A DNA stretch of 42,265 bases from Candidatus Zixiibacteriota bacterium. GTDB taxonomy: Bacteria; Zixibacteria; MSB-5A5; GN15; JAAZOE01. The stretch is from NCBI GenBank assembly GCA_043819555.1, contig JBDREQ010000011.1:1-42265 (forward strand). The letters are read 5' to 3'. The notes beneath the pieces are model-generated. The model saw nothing but the letters and a program-made list of their open reading frames with translations. It was not told where the DNA came from and made no database searches. Both the position numbers and the translations under genes were made by a program. This document shows positions 17,278-25,807 of the stretch, piece after piece. Every line of letters starts with the position of its first letter. The first letter of the stretch is position 1.

Positions 17278-18504
17278 TTGCAGCAAGAATCAAAAAAAAT
17301 ACTGCGAAAAGCGGATGATTTATTTCAAAAATGCCGCGAATGGACCGCAGCCAAAGAGATTATGGCCGCCGGTTTTTATCCGTATTTCCGCCCAATTTCA
17401 TCGGCCTTGGGCGATGAGGTTATCGTAGCCGGTAAAGAAATGATTATGATCGGCTCCAATAATTATCTCGGATTGGTTGGCGATTCGCGCGTCAAGGAAG
17501 CCGCGGCAAATGCGACTCTCAAATACGGGTCCGGATGCACCGGCTCAAGATTTTTGAATGGTACCCTTGACCTGCACGTCGAATTGGAAGAGAGCCTGGC
17601 CAAGTTTATGAACCGCGAGGCCGCACTGGTCTTTTCGACAGGTTTCCAGACAAATTTGGGCACCATTTCATGCCTGGTCGGCAAGGATGATATTATCCTG
17701 ATTGATCGCAGCAACCACGCTTCAATCGTGGATGGCTGCCGTTTGTCGTATGGCAAGGTTATAAAATATACCCATAATGATATGGATGATTTGGAACGAG
17801 TTCTGGATATCGCGCAAAACAACGGACTGCGCGGCGGTATTTTAATTGTTACCGACGGCGTCTTTTCGATGGAAGGCGATATTGCCAATTTACCGCGCAT
17901 GTGTGATATTGCCGAAAACCACGGCGCTCGCGTTATGGTCGATGATGCACATTCTATTGGCGTCCTCGGACCCGGAGGCCGGGGAACGGCCGAACATTTT
18001 GATCTTATCGACCGGGTTGATTTGACAATGGGCACGTTTTCCAAATCATTTGCCTCGCTGGGTGGTTTTATATGCGGTGATGAAGATACGCTGCATTATG
18101 TAAAACATTTCGCGCGCGAACTTATATTTTCAGCCTCAATTCCTCCCGGTGCGGCGGCCGCAGTCCTGGCCGCTCTGGATATAATTGAAACCGAACCGGA
18201 ACGACGCGAAAACCTGTGGAAAAATACTCGGAAAATGCATAATGGATTGCGCGATTTAGGGTACAATATTGGCAATACACAAACGCCGGTTGTGCCTATC
18301 ATGATCGGTGATGATATGACTTGCTTTAAATTATGGAAGGATTTGAGCGATGAGGGTATCTTCGCCAACGCCGTTGTCCCTCCCGCGGTCGCTCCCAAAA
18401 TGTCGTTGATCCGCACGAGTTACACTGCGACTCACACCGTTCAACAGCTTGATCGAGTCCTAGATGCTTTTGCCCGCCTGGGTAAGAAATATAACGTTGT
18501 TTAA
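17278..18504 (+). CDS. spt: Serine palmitoyltransferase (alpha-oxoamine synthase family)
   Basis: GFYPYFRPIS, GSNNYLGL, YGSGCTGSRFLNGTLDLH, STGFQTNLG, NHASIVDG, DDAHSIG, PLP lysine in GTFSKS. The YPYFR and GSRFLNGT motifs are Bacteroidota-type Spt features rather than BioF/Kbl; the neighbour is a bCerS-type gene. Confidence 0.85.
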   Translation: MQQESKKILRKADDLFQKCREWTAAKEIMAAGFYPYFRPISSALGDEVIVAGKEMIMIGSNNYLGLVGDSRVKEAAANATLKYGSGCTGSRFLNGTLDLHVELEESLAKFMNREAALVFSTGFQTNLGTISCLVGKDDIILIDRSNHASIVDGCRLSYGKVIKYTHNDMDDLERVLDIAQNNGLRGGILIVTDGVFSMEGDIANLPRMCDIAENHGARVMVDDAHSIGVLGPGGRGTAEHFDLIDRVDLTMGTFSKSFASLGGFICGDEDTLHYVKHFARELIFSASIPPGAAAAVLAALDIIETEPERRENLWKNTRKMHNGLRDLGYNIGNTQTPVVPIMIGDDMTCFKLWKDLSDEGIFANAVVPPAVAPKMSLIRTSYTATHTVQQLDRVLDAFARLGKKYNVV

Positions 18505-18507
18505 AAC

Positions 18508-19653
18508 GTGGATACGGTAACCAATAAAGGTAATATCGATATATTAGAGGTTGAGAATTCTTCCGATCTCAATACATTTATCAAAGTCCCATTTGATATT
18601 TATCGCGATGATCCCAATTGGGTGCCGCCTTTGATTTCTGAACGCAAAGATTTCTTCAATAAAACCAAGAATCCTTTTTTCCGGTCGGCTAAGACCAAGC
18701 TGTTTCTGGCCCGGAAAAACTCCAAATACGTTGGGCGCATTGCCATCTGTGTAAACTACAGCTATAATGAGTATCACGATGCCAATGATGGTTTTTTCGG
18801 GTTTTTTGACTGCTTCGAAGATTACGAAGTCGCCGAATTGCTTTTCAAGGTCGCGCTGATAAAGCTTAAGGCTGAGGGCGTGGATACCATGCTCGGTCCC
18901 TGCAATTTTTCCACCAATCATGAAGTTGGAATGCTTATCGAAGGATATGATATGCCTCCGGTTGTAATGATGACGTATAATAAATCTTACTATAATGATT
19001 TTGCGGAAAAATTCGGTCTGCGCAAAGCCAAGGATCTTTTCGCTTACAGAATTTACGCCGATCGGGAGTTTAACCCTCGCATTGTAAAAATGGCCGAACG
19101 AATGAAAGATAGAGAGGGTGTCCAACTGCGGACGATCAATATGCGGCGGTTCGATGAGGAAGTTGAACTGATCAATGGACTCTATAATAAAGCATGGGCC
19201 AAAAACTGGGGATTCGTGCCGTTATCCAAAGATGAATTCCGGCATATTGCCAGGGATATGAAGCAGATTATTGATCCCGATATTGTTTTTGTTGCCGAAG
19301 TCAAAGGCGAAGCGGTCGGGTTCAGTCTGACTCTGCCGGACATTAATCAGGCCTTAAAATACGCCAACGGCCGCTTGTTTCCGATGGGACTTGCGAAACT
19401 TCTCTGGCACACTAAAGTAAAAAATAAGGTGGATTCGGTTCGTATCATAACGCTGGGTATTATCCCCGAATATCAAAAACGGGGAATCGATACCATGATG
19501 TATTTGAAAACCTACGACGTGGCCAATGAAAAAGGTTACAAGTACGGCGAGATGAGCTGGGTACTGGAAGATAACTTTGCCATGGTTCGGGCCGGAGAAC
19601 TGATGGGCGGAGTGCTTTATAAAAAATATCGCATTTACGGCATGCAGGTGTAA
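18508..19653 (+). CDS. Bacterial ceramide synthase-like tandem GNAT N-acyltransferase (bCerS/YghO family)
   Basis: FIKVPFDIYRDDPNWVPPL, NPFF, FLARKNSKYVGRI, FFGFFDC, GPCNFSTNHEVG, YNKAWAKNWGFVP, PDINQ, LGIIPEYQKRG, EMSWVLEDN; 3 nt downstream of spt. Confidence 0.8.
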   Translation: MDTVTNKGNIDILEVENSSDLNTFIKVPFDIYRDDPNWVPPLISERKDFFNKTKNPFFRSAKTKLFLARKNSKYVGRIAICVNYSYNEYHDANDGFFGFFDCFEDYEVAELLFKVALIKLKAEGVDTMLGPCNFSTNHEVGMLIEGYDMPPVVMMTYNKSYYNDFAEKFGLRKAKDLFAYRIYADREFNPRIVKMAERMKDREGVQLRTINMRRFDEEVELINGLYNKAWAKNWGFVPLSKDEFRHIARDMKQIIDPDIVFVAEVKGEAVGFSLTLPDINQALKYANGRLFPMGLAKLLWHTKVKNKVDSVRIITLGIIPEYQKRGIDTMMYLKTYDVANEKGYKYGEMSWVLEDNFAMVRAGELMGGVLYKKYRIYGMQV

Positions 19654-19655
19654 TC

Positions 19656-20195
19656 ATGATAAAGAAAAATCATTGCTTGTGGATTGTACTATTCCTTTTA
19701 TCTCTTTTCGCATTGATGTCATGCAAGAGAACATATTTATATGTTGCCGAAGAAGTATATGAAAATACTTCAGTACGGTTCACGACTAAATCATCTTTTT
19801 ATACCATGGGTAAGTCGATTGCGTTGACTCATGGAGGATTTGAACTCGTCCCCAGCGATAGCACCGTTTTATTCATCGAGGGTCAATCTACCAATACCGG
19901 TAAGGGCGGTATCAGCGTCGCCGAACTTAGACTGGCCGAAACAGCACGATTTTATGTGACTTTGCCCAATACTATCAGGGTCGGGGAATTCAATATCGAA
20001 CATAAGTCAATTTGCGAGATAACCGGAAATCTGAATTATCGCATTGGCGAAACGCTATTTACCTGCCAGCGAGGCAGCATCATCGTCGATTCGCTGGTTG
20101 GTTCTAAAATCTATGGTACTATCGACGGCGATTATCTCAACACCCGCAACCAAACTCTCAAAGTCGAAGGCAACATCAAAGCGGGACAGAAATAG
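19656..20195 (+). CDS. Hypothetical lipoprotein, beta-rich
   Basis: MIKKN + hydrophobic stretch + lipobox ALMSC; starts 2 nt after the cerS-like stop. Confidence 0.75.
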   Translation: MIKKNHCLWIVLFLLSLFALMSCKRTYLYVAEEVYENTSVRFTTKSSFYTMGKSIALTHGGFELVPSDSTVLFIEGQSTNTGKGGISVAELRLAETARFYVTLPNTIRVGEFNIEHKSICEITGNLNYRIGETLFTCQRGSIIVDSLVGSKIYGTIDGDYLNTRNQTLKVEGNIKAGQK

Positions 20196-20212
20196 GGATT
20201 GTTGGGGCAAAT

Positions 20213-21412
20213 ATGTCGGATTTGCAGCCGACGGCGTACATGATTTCCACAGGTTGTCTGTCAAATCTTCTTGATGGAACCTCATATGAAAAACTCCTAA
20301 TATCTTCCGGATATCGCTTGATCAATGATATTAGCCAGGCCGATATTATTCTAATTAATTCCTGTGCCTTCAATCAGGAAAAAGAAGATGAAGTCTTTAG
20401 TTATATAGATAATATCAACAGAACTCGAAAATCTGATTCTCGATTATTTATATGCGGCTGTTTGCCCGAAATAAATCGCAAGCGATTATCGGAAGTACAC
20501 ACTGGCATTACCTTTGGCCCAAGAAATCCTGACCAATTAAAAACATTGTTAAATGATTTTGATTCAGAAATTTTATGGCAGGGAGGTCCAATATCTTATG
20601 CCCAGTATTCATTTCTTAAAAAGACAATTTTCAATATCAAAAAGATATTCGATACCATACCGGTTATTTCTAAATTTCGATTGATTCAAAGATTGCTCTC
20701 TCCGCTATTCGTGTATGCGAAAGATGTATATTGTCTTAAAATTGCCTTGGGGTGTAATGGCACCTGCGCTTATTGCGCCATTAGATTCGCCAAAGGACGC
20801 TGCATAAGCCGCAGTTATGACGAAATCATAATTGAATTAAATAATGCCATCTCGCAGGGATTTGAGAAATTCCTTTTAGTCGGCGATGAAATCACGGCAT
20901 ATAGAAATTCCATTGGCGGCGGTCAAGACATCATTGATTTGATTCAATCTATACTCAAAAATCCCAAGGTAAGAACATTATATCCGGAATCGTTTGAACC
21001 CGGTTATATGATTTCCAACTTCAAGCGGGTTCACGAAATCCTCGCATCAGGCAAAATTCCGGTATTTTGTTCTTCAGTCCAAAGCGGGAGTGATCGCATA
21101 CTAAAATTGATGAAAAGAAACTATCGGGCTGAGGATTTCGCACGATGCATAAGGCAAATTAAAAACGAATTTCATCATATTTTTGTGCGCAGCGAATTTA
21201 TCGTCGGATTTCCGGATGAATCGCATGATGATTTTATCCTATCATATAATTTGGTAAAAAATCTCAACGCCGATTTCATTGATGTTTATAAATATGAAGA
21301 CAGGCCCAATACTATCGCTTCGGAAATGGCAAATAAGATTCCTGATGATATTAAAGTTTATCGAAGAAAAAAATTAATGAGACAACATTGGAAAAATCTG
21401 CTTTCCAGATAA
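20213..21412 (+). CDS. MiaB/RimO-superfamily methylthiotransferase-like radical SAM protein lacking the TRAM domain
   Basis: UPF0004 cysteines (TGCLSN, INSCAF, CGCLP), CxxxCxxC (GCNGTCAYC), VQSGSDRILKLMKR, FIVGFPDES, YEDRPNT; ends about 35 aa later. Confidence 0.85.
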   Translation: MSDLQPTAYMISTGCLSNLLDGTSYEKLLISSGYRLINDISQADIILINSCAFNQEKEDEVFSYIDNINRTRKSDSRLFICGCLPEINRKRLSEVHTGITFGPRNPDQLKTLLNDFDSEILWQGGPISYAQYSFLKKTIFNIKKIFDTIPVISKFRLIQRLLSPLFVYAKDVYCLKIALGCNGTCAYCAIRFAKGRCISRSYDEIIIELNNAISQGFEKFLLVGDEITAYRNSIGGGQDIIDLIQSILKNPKVRTLYPESFEPGYMISNFKRVHEILASGKIPVFCSSVQSGSDRILKLMKRNYRAEDFARCIRQIKNEFHHIFVRSEFIVGFPDESHDDFILSYNLVKNLNADFIDVYKYEDRPNTIASEMANKIPDDIKVYRRKKLMRQHWKNLLSR

Positions 21413-21462
21413 ACTATATTTTCAAATGTAAAACTCACTATTTTTATTTCCACGAAAATATT

Positions 21463-22857
21463 CTACATATCCAACTCAACCGTCTCGCCCTCAACGGCGA
21501 TGGCCGTATCCCACCTGAATGTCTGACGAATAACCTGGGCCATGTGCCGTTGGCTATCCGGCTCGCCATGTACGAGAAATACTTTTTCAGGCGGCCGGTT
21601 GAATCCCAACAACCAGGCCAGTATCTCCTCATAATCGGCATGACCCGAAAACGCCGTAATCGTTTCCACTTTAGCCTTCAGAGGAATTTTCTCGCCGTGA
21701 ATTTTGATTGTTTTGTGGCCATCCTGAATGCTTCTGCCTCGTGTTCCTTCAGCCTGATAGCCGATGAGTAAAATCGTGTTTTTCGGGTTGGGCATGCGAT
21801 GAACAAGATGGTGCAGGATTCTTCCGCCGACCGCCATTCCGCTGGCGGAGATAATTATGGCGTTGCTCTTGATATCGTTTATTTGTTTTGACTTTACCCG
21901 GGTGCGCGCACGGTGAAGCTGTTTGGGGCGAATAAAGTGTTTTCCCTGAATTGTCAAAAGACGGCTTTCGAGGTCAAGATCGGCAATTCGTTTTTCAAAG
22001 ACAGTTGTCGATTCTATCGCCATCGGCGAATCGATATAGATCGGCATTTCCGGAATATCGCCGCGCTCTTCGAGTTCTCGCAGTACGTACAGTAGTGTCT
22101 GTGTCCGCCCCACCGAAAAGGCTGGCACCAACAGAACGCCTCCTCGTTCACGGCTGGCGTTAATGATTCTGGCCAGATCTTCAAGGGGCTGCGCTTTTTC
22201 ATGCAGACGGCCGCCATAAGTCGATTCCAAAATGAGATAATCAACGTTGTAAGCCTGGGACGGATCGCGCAGGAGCGGGCGGGAGGCGCGGCCCAAATCT
22301 CCTGAAAACAGGATTTTTCGCCTTCTTCCGTTTTTCTTGACGCGAATATCAACTAATGATGATCCCAGCAAATGTCCGGCATCGCGAAATTTTATTCGGC
22401 CGTCCTCGCCAAGCAATATTACATCGCCGTAATGCACCGGCTTAAACAATTTCATCGCTCGATTGACATCGTCGAGGTCAAACAAAGGCAGGGCCGGTTT
22501 GTGTTTGGAAAATCCTTTTTTATTGGCCCAGCGAGCATCTTCTTCCTGAAGATGAGCGCTGTCTTTGAGGAGTATCCGGACCAACTCGCGGGTAGCATGA
22601 GTGCAATGCACCTGCCCGGCAAAGCCTTCTTTGACAAATCGGGGCAAATAACCGGTGTGGTCGATGTGAGCATGGGTCAGCAGTACTTTATCAATCGAGG
22701 TCGGGTCAACCGGGAAAGGTTCCCAGTTTTTCATCCGATATTCCTTTTTGCCCTGAAACATACCGCAGTCAATAAGCATCTTCGTACCGTCAATTTCGAG
22801 AAGATGTCTTGATCCGGTTACGGTTCCCGCCGCGCCCAGAAATGTCAGTTTTGCCAT
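21463..22857 (-). CDS. Metallo-beta-lactamase/beta-CASP ribonuclease (YSH1/TTHA0252-like)
   Basis: FLGAAGTVTGS, IDCGMFQG, LTHAHIDH, AGHLLGS, FSGDLG, ESTYG, PAFSVGRTQ, SASGM, FSGHAD, LVHGE. Start ATG 22857. Confidence 0.93.
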   Translation of the reverse strand: MAKLTFLGAAGTVTGSRHLLEIDGTKMLIDCGMFQGKKEYRMKNWEPFPVDPTSIDKVLLTHAHIDHTGYLPRFVKEGFAGQVHCTHATRELVRILLKDSAHLQEEDARWANKKGFSKHKPALPLFDLDDVNRAMKLFKPVHYGDVILLGEDGRIKFRDAGHLLGSSLVDIRVKKNGRRRKILFSGDLGRASRPLLRDPSQAYNVDYLILESTYGGRLHEKAQPLEDLARIINASRERGGVLLVPAFSVGRTQTLLYVLRELEERGDIPEMPIYIDSPMAIESTTVFEKRIADLDLESRLLTIQGKHFIRPKQLHRARTRVKSKQINDIKSNAIIISASGMAVGGRILHHLVHRMPNPKNTILLIGYQAEGTRGRSIQDGHKTIKIHGEKIPLKAKVETITAFSGHADYEEILAWLLGFNRPPEKVFLVHGEPDSQRHMAQVIRQTFRWDTAIAVEGETVELDM

Positions 22858-23078
22858 TGATATCCATCCGTTTTGAATTTTTTTGCTTACTGTATGAATG
22901 TGCGAATAATACGCATGAGAGGGCAATTAAAAAAATTATCACAGATGTATAGTTTACTTTGAAGTTATCCACATTTAAATTTACAAAATCCCCTGTAATG
23001 CGATGTCTCTTTATTGCTTACAACGAATTGGCTTTGTTCTGTCAATTTTAATTTTGTGACATCGAATCGGTGGTGATT

Positions 23079-23104
23079 CCGGGCAGATGTGGACATCTGC
23101 CCGG
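23079..23104. repeat. REP-like hairpin CCGGGCAGATGT-GG-ACATCTGCCCGG
   Basis: Perfect 12-bp inverted repeat; variants at 379-407 and 23462-23488. Confidence 0.8.
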
Positions 23105-23224
23105 CACGACCACTCGAGAGTCGTTTTTCACAAGCCAACACATGAAAATTGGGTTTGTTTTGTCAGAATAACGTTTTTGGTCATATCAAATCGATGGTGA
23201 TTACGGGCAGGCAATGGCCCCGCC

Positions 23225-23251
23225 TGTTATTCCAGCGAAAGCTGGAATCCA
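23225..23251. repeat. REP-like half element TGTTATTCCAGC-GAAA-GCTGGAATCCA
   Basis: Short version of the TGTCATTCCC..GGGAATCCA family with a GAAA tetraloop. Confidence 0.7.
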
Positions 23252-23665
23252 TCCCGGTCATTATATCTTTATACAACATCATACATATGGGGAAAATTTC
23301 GGAAAATACACCTGATTGGTTGGGAAAATGTGGATGCGCAATGCGTAAAGCCATCTGTTTTGTATAGCAAATTCAGCAGGTCATATCCAAAAATCCCCAG
23401 CCAGCGGGTGGGCTCCAGCCCGACTGTTGCCGCGCACATAAAAATTTTGAGAATGATTTATGGGCAGACGAGGACGTCTGCCGGGCACATAAATAATATG
23501 ATTGTTCAAATTGTAAAGAAAAATCATTAACCTTTCATGAACTTTTCATTCACAAAATGGTTATATCAATAATCATCGGAGAGGCTTGCCTTTTTGGAGA
23601 AAGTTGCGTATTTAGGCTGAGAAAAATGAACTTAAATTTGATTTATGCACGGCAGGAAAGTGATT

Positions 23666-24808
23666 ATGGCAGAAAATAAAAAACAGCATCGTTCATACCG
23701 GGAAATCCCTCGCGGACTGGCCCGGGTTGATCATATCATCGCTATTGGGAGTGGAAAAGGCGGCGTTGGCAAGTCAACAGTCTCAACTAATTTCGCCGTG
23801 GCTCTGCAGAAAGCCGGGTACAAAGTTGGCCTGATGGATGCCGATATATACGGCCCTAGCCAGCCGGAAATGCTTGGCGTAAGCAAACAGCAACCCCAGG
23901 TTAAAGGCGAGTATCTTATACCGCTCGAGAAACACGGTTTGGTTTTTATGTCTTTGGGACTACTGCTTGATGACACACAACCTGTTATTTGGCGCGGACC
24001 GATGGCCTCAAAGATGATTCAGCAATTTATGGGTAATGTCCTCTGGGGAGATCTTGATTATCTGATTATCGATTTGCCTCCCGGCTCAGGCGACGTTCAG
24101 ATTACTCTGACCCAGCAGGCACCATTATCAGGTGCGATTATTGTTACCACTCCGCAGCATGTCGCGCTCGGAGTGGCTCAAAAAGGCCTTCACATGTTTC
24201 AGCATGTGAATGTTCCGATTTTGGGAATCATTGAAAACATGAGCGGTTTTACCTGCCCCAAATGCGGTGAAAAAACCGACATTTTCAAACAGGGCGGAGG
24301 CAAGCAACTTGCCGAAGAACTGGGTATAAATTTCCTGGGCGGAATTCCGCTCGATCCCGAACTAATGGCCTCAGGCGATGATGGAATCCCGCTTCTTCTC
24401 AAGACAACCGAAAGTCCGGCCGCCAAAGAATTTATCAAGATTGCATTGAGATTCAAAGAAATCATGGCCAAAGGCATTGAAGCCAATGAACCGGAGAAGA
24501 TCGAAGTTACCGATGAAGGAAATCTTAGTTTTACCTGGCCCGATGGTCATACTGCCGCTTTTACTCCCTATGATTTGCGGGCAAGTTGCGGGTGCGCTCT
24601 TTGCGTCAGTGAAGATACCGGCCAAAAATCTATTGATATAAAGTCAATTCCTCTCGATATAAAAATCGGCGCTTTTGAACGGGTTGGCCGCTATGCCGTT
24701 TCGATTGCTTTCTCTGACGGTCACAATACCGGCATCTATCGATTCGATAAAATGCGCGATATGGAAATAAAACAAAAAGATGCCTCGGATAAGGCGTTTA
24801 ATGTGTAA
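23666..24808 (+). CDS. mrp: Mrp/ApbC/NBP35 Fe-S carrier ATPase fused to C-terminal DUF971 (GBBH-like N-terminal) domain
   Basis: GSGKGGVGKST, DADIYGPS, VIWRGPM, DLPPGSGD, VTTPQ, ENMSGFTCPKC. The C-terminal WPDGH..LRASCGCALC..VGRYAVSIAFSDGHNTGIY is the DUF971 signature. Confidence 0.9.
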   Translation: MAENKKQHRSYREIPRGLARVDHIIAIGSGKGGVGKSTVSTNFAVALQKAGYKVGLMDADIYGPSQPEMLGVSKQQPQVKGEYLIPLEKHGLVFMSLGLLLDDTQPVIWRGPMASKMIQQFMGNVLWGDLDYLIIDLPPGSGDVQITLTQQAPLSGAIIVTTPQHVALGVAQKGLHMFQHVNVPILGIIENMSGFTCPKCGEKTDIFKQGGGKQLAEELGINFLGGIPLDPELMASGDDGIPLLLKTTESPAAKEFIKIALRFKEIMAKGIEANEPEKIEVTDEGNLSFTWPDGHTAAFTPYDLRASCGCALCVSEDTGQKSIDIKSIPLDIKIGAFERVGRYAVSIAFSDGHNTGIYRFDKMRDMEIKQKDASDKAFNV

Positions 24809-24839
24809 GAAATAGTAACTCAGTATAAGGAGGTGGCTC

Positions 24840-25433
24840 GTGGGAGACACCAATAAAATAAAAATCATGGCCGAACCGCAGATAAACCCGGATGTCTGCA
24901 AATTTCTTGTCAACCAGCAGGTTTATGACGGCATGGCCAATTGCAAAAACAAGGATATGGCCAAAGGCTCGCCGCTTCTGGAAAGTCTGTTTGCCATTGA
25001 TGGAGTAAAGGAAGTTATGGTCGCCGGTTTTTCAATCACCATCGCCAAATCTCCCGAAGGCAGCTGGGCCGATGTCGGCAAAGAAATCGGAATTGTTATC
25101 AGAGAAAAACTGACCGAAGGCGGCCAGTTGATCTCCGAAGAACAACTGAACAAAGAACAGCCGGCCAATCCGGAATTGAAAGAGAAAGTCCAGAAGATTT
25201 TTGATGATATGGTCAATCCGGGTCTGGCATCGCATGGCGGCAGTGTTGAATTGGTCGAAGTCAAAGGCAATACCGTTTTCCTGGCCATGAGCGGCGGATG
25301 CCAGGGATGCGCTTCGTCAACTTATACTTTGCGCTATGGTATCGAACAAATCCTCAGGGAGCATGCTCCCGAAGTAGACGATGTCGTTGATGTTACCGAC
25401 CATTCCGCCGGCGTCTCGCCGTACTTTTCATAA
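24840..25433 (+). CDS. Nfu-type Fe-S cluster carrier (Nfu_N scaffold + NifU_C)
   Basis: NPDVCKF, SPLLESLFAIDGV, VNPGLASHGG, GGCQGCASS..TLRYGIE, DVTDH; SD AGGAGG. Confidence 0.92.
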   Translation: MGDTNKIKIMAEPQINPDVCKFLVNQQVYDGMANCKNKDMAKGSPLLESLFAIDGVKEVMVAGFSITIAKSPEGSWADVGKEIGIVIREKLTEGGQLISEEQLNKEQPANPELKEKVQKIFDDMVNPGLASHGGSVELVEVKGNTVFLAMSGGCQGCASSTYTLRYGIEQILREHAPEVDDVVDVTDHSAGVSPYFS

Positions 25434-25460
25434 GTAGAATTAATTCAAACTCTCTTTATA

Positions 25461-25487
25461 AAAAATCCCCCTTACCGGGGGATTTTT
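25461..25487. terminator. Intrinsic terminator after nfu
   Basis: AAAAATCCCCC-TTACC-GGGGGATTTTT perfect inverted repeat. Confidence 0.85.
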
Positions 25488-25561
25488 CGTTTGTGCAATC
25501 GAATAATAAATGATATACTGTTTATATTAATAAAGCGATGTCCAATTTTAGAAAGGGGAAT

Positions 25562-25807
25562 ATGAACACGATACTATTTTACAGTTCCGGCGGATTAGTT
25601 CTGGGAGCCATATTTCTTTTGTTATCCGCTACACTCCACAGCGAAAAACATCCGGGATGGAAAGACGGTTTTTCGATTATCCCGTTTTCCGGCAAAAAAG
25701 AGTGGTTCCGCTCCGGAGGATATTTTCTTCATAACCTCGGCACGCTTCTTTTTTCCATCGGAATCATATCTTCTATGCTCCGAAGCGTGATTGATTGGAT
25801 TAAGTAA
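25562..25807 (+). CDS. Small hypothetical membrane protein (2 TM)
   Basis: Two hydrophobic segments flanking a charged loop; ATG 25562 after AAAGGGG. Confidence 0.55.
   Translation: MNTILFYSSGGLVLGAIFLLLSATLHSEKHPGWKDGFSIIPFSGKKEWFRSGGYFLHNLGTLLFSIGIISSMLRSVIDWIK

Larger units (their letters stand above)
22965..23335 (+). repeat. Dispersed scaffolded intergenic element, copy A
   Basis: TTATCCACA 22965; TAA-N19-TTA; box1 AATTGGCTTTGTTCTGTCA 23026-23044; hairpin cassette; box2 AATTGGGTTTGTTTTGTCAGAATAACGTTTTTGGTCATATCAAATCG 23147-23193; hairpin cassette; TATATCTTT..ATACATA..GATTGGTTGGG 23314-23324. Colinear with 41630-42062. Confidence 0.88.

Noticed and set aside
17278..18504. Annotation as bioF or kbl
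   Set aside because: YPYFR/GSRFLNGT motifs and the adjacent bCerS-type gene favour Spt; no bio or tdh genes are nearby.
17463..19125. Long antisense ORFs (193 aa each) opposite spt and the cerS-like gene, and similar shadow ORFs elsewhere
   Set aside because: They are fully nested antisense to well-supported genes and have no motifs; this is expected from codon bias.
20213..21412. miaB/rimO pseudogene truncated by frameshift
   Set aside because: The ORF is intact with all six cysteines and there is no room for a displaced TRAM before the convergent gene, so it is treated as a genuine TRAM-less protein and given no gene symbol.
23149..23530. ORFs 23149-23367 and 23330-23530, and 41531-41749
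   Set aside because: They overlap the repeat element and REPs; reading frames are not conserved between homologous copies.
22965..23640. oriC, suggested by the DnaA box in a long intergenic region
   Set aside because: Only one perfect box per region, the same module occurs at three loci, and no dnaA/dnaN/gidA-type neighbours or clear DUE are present.
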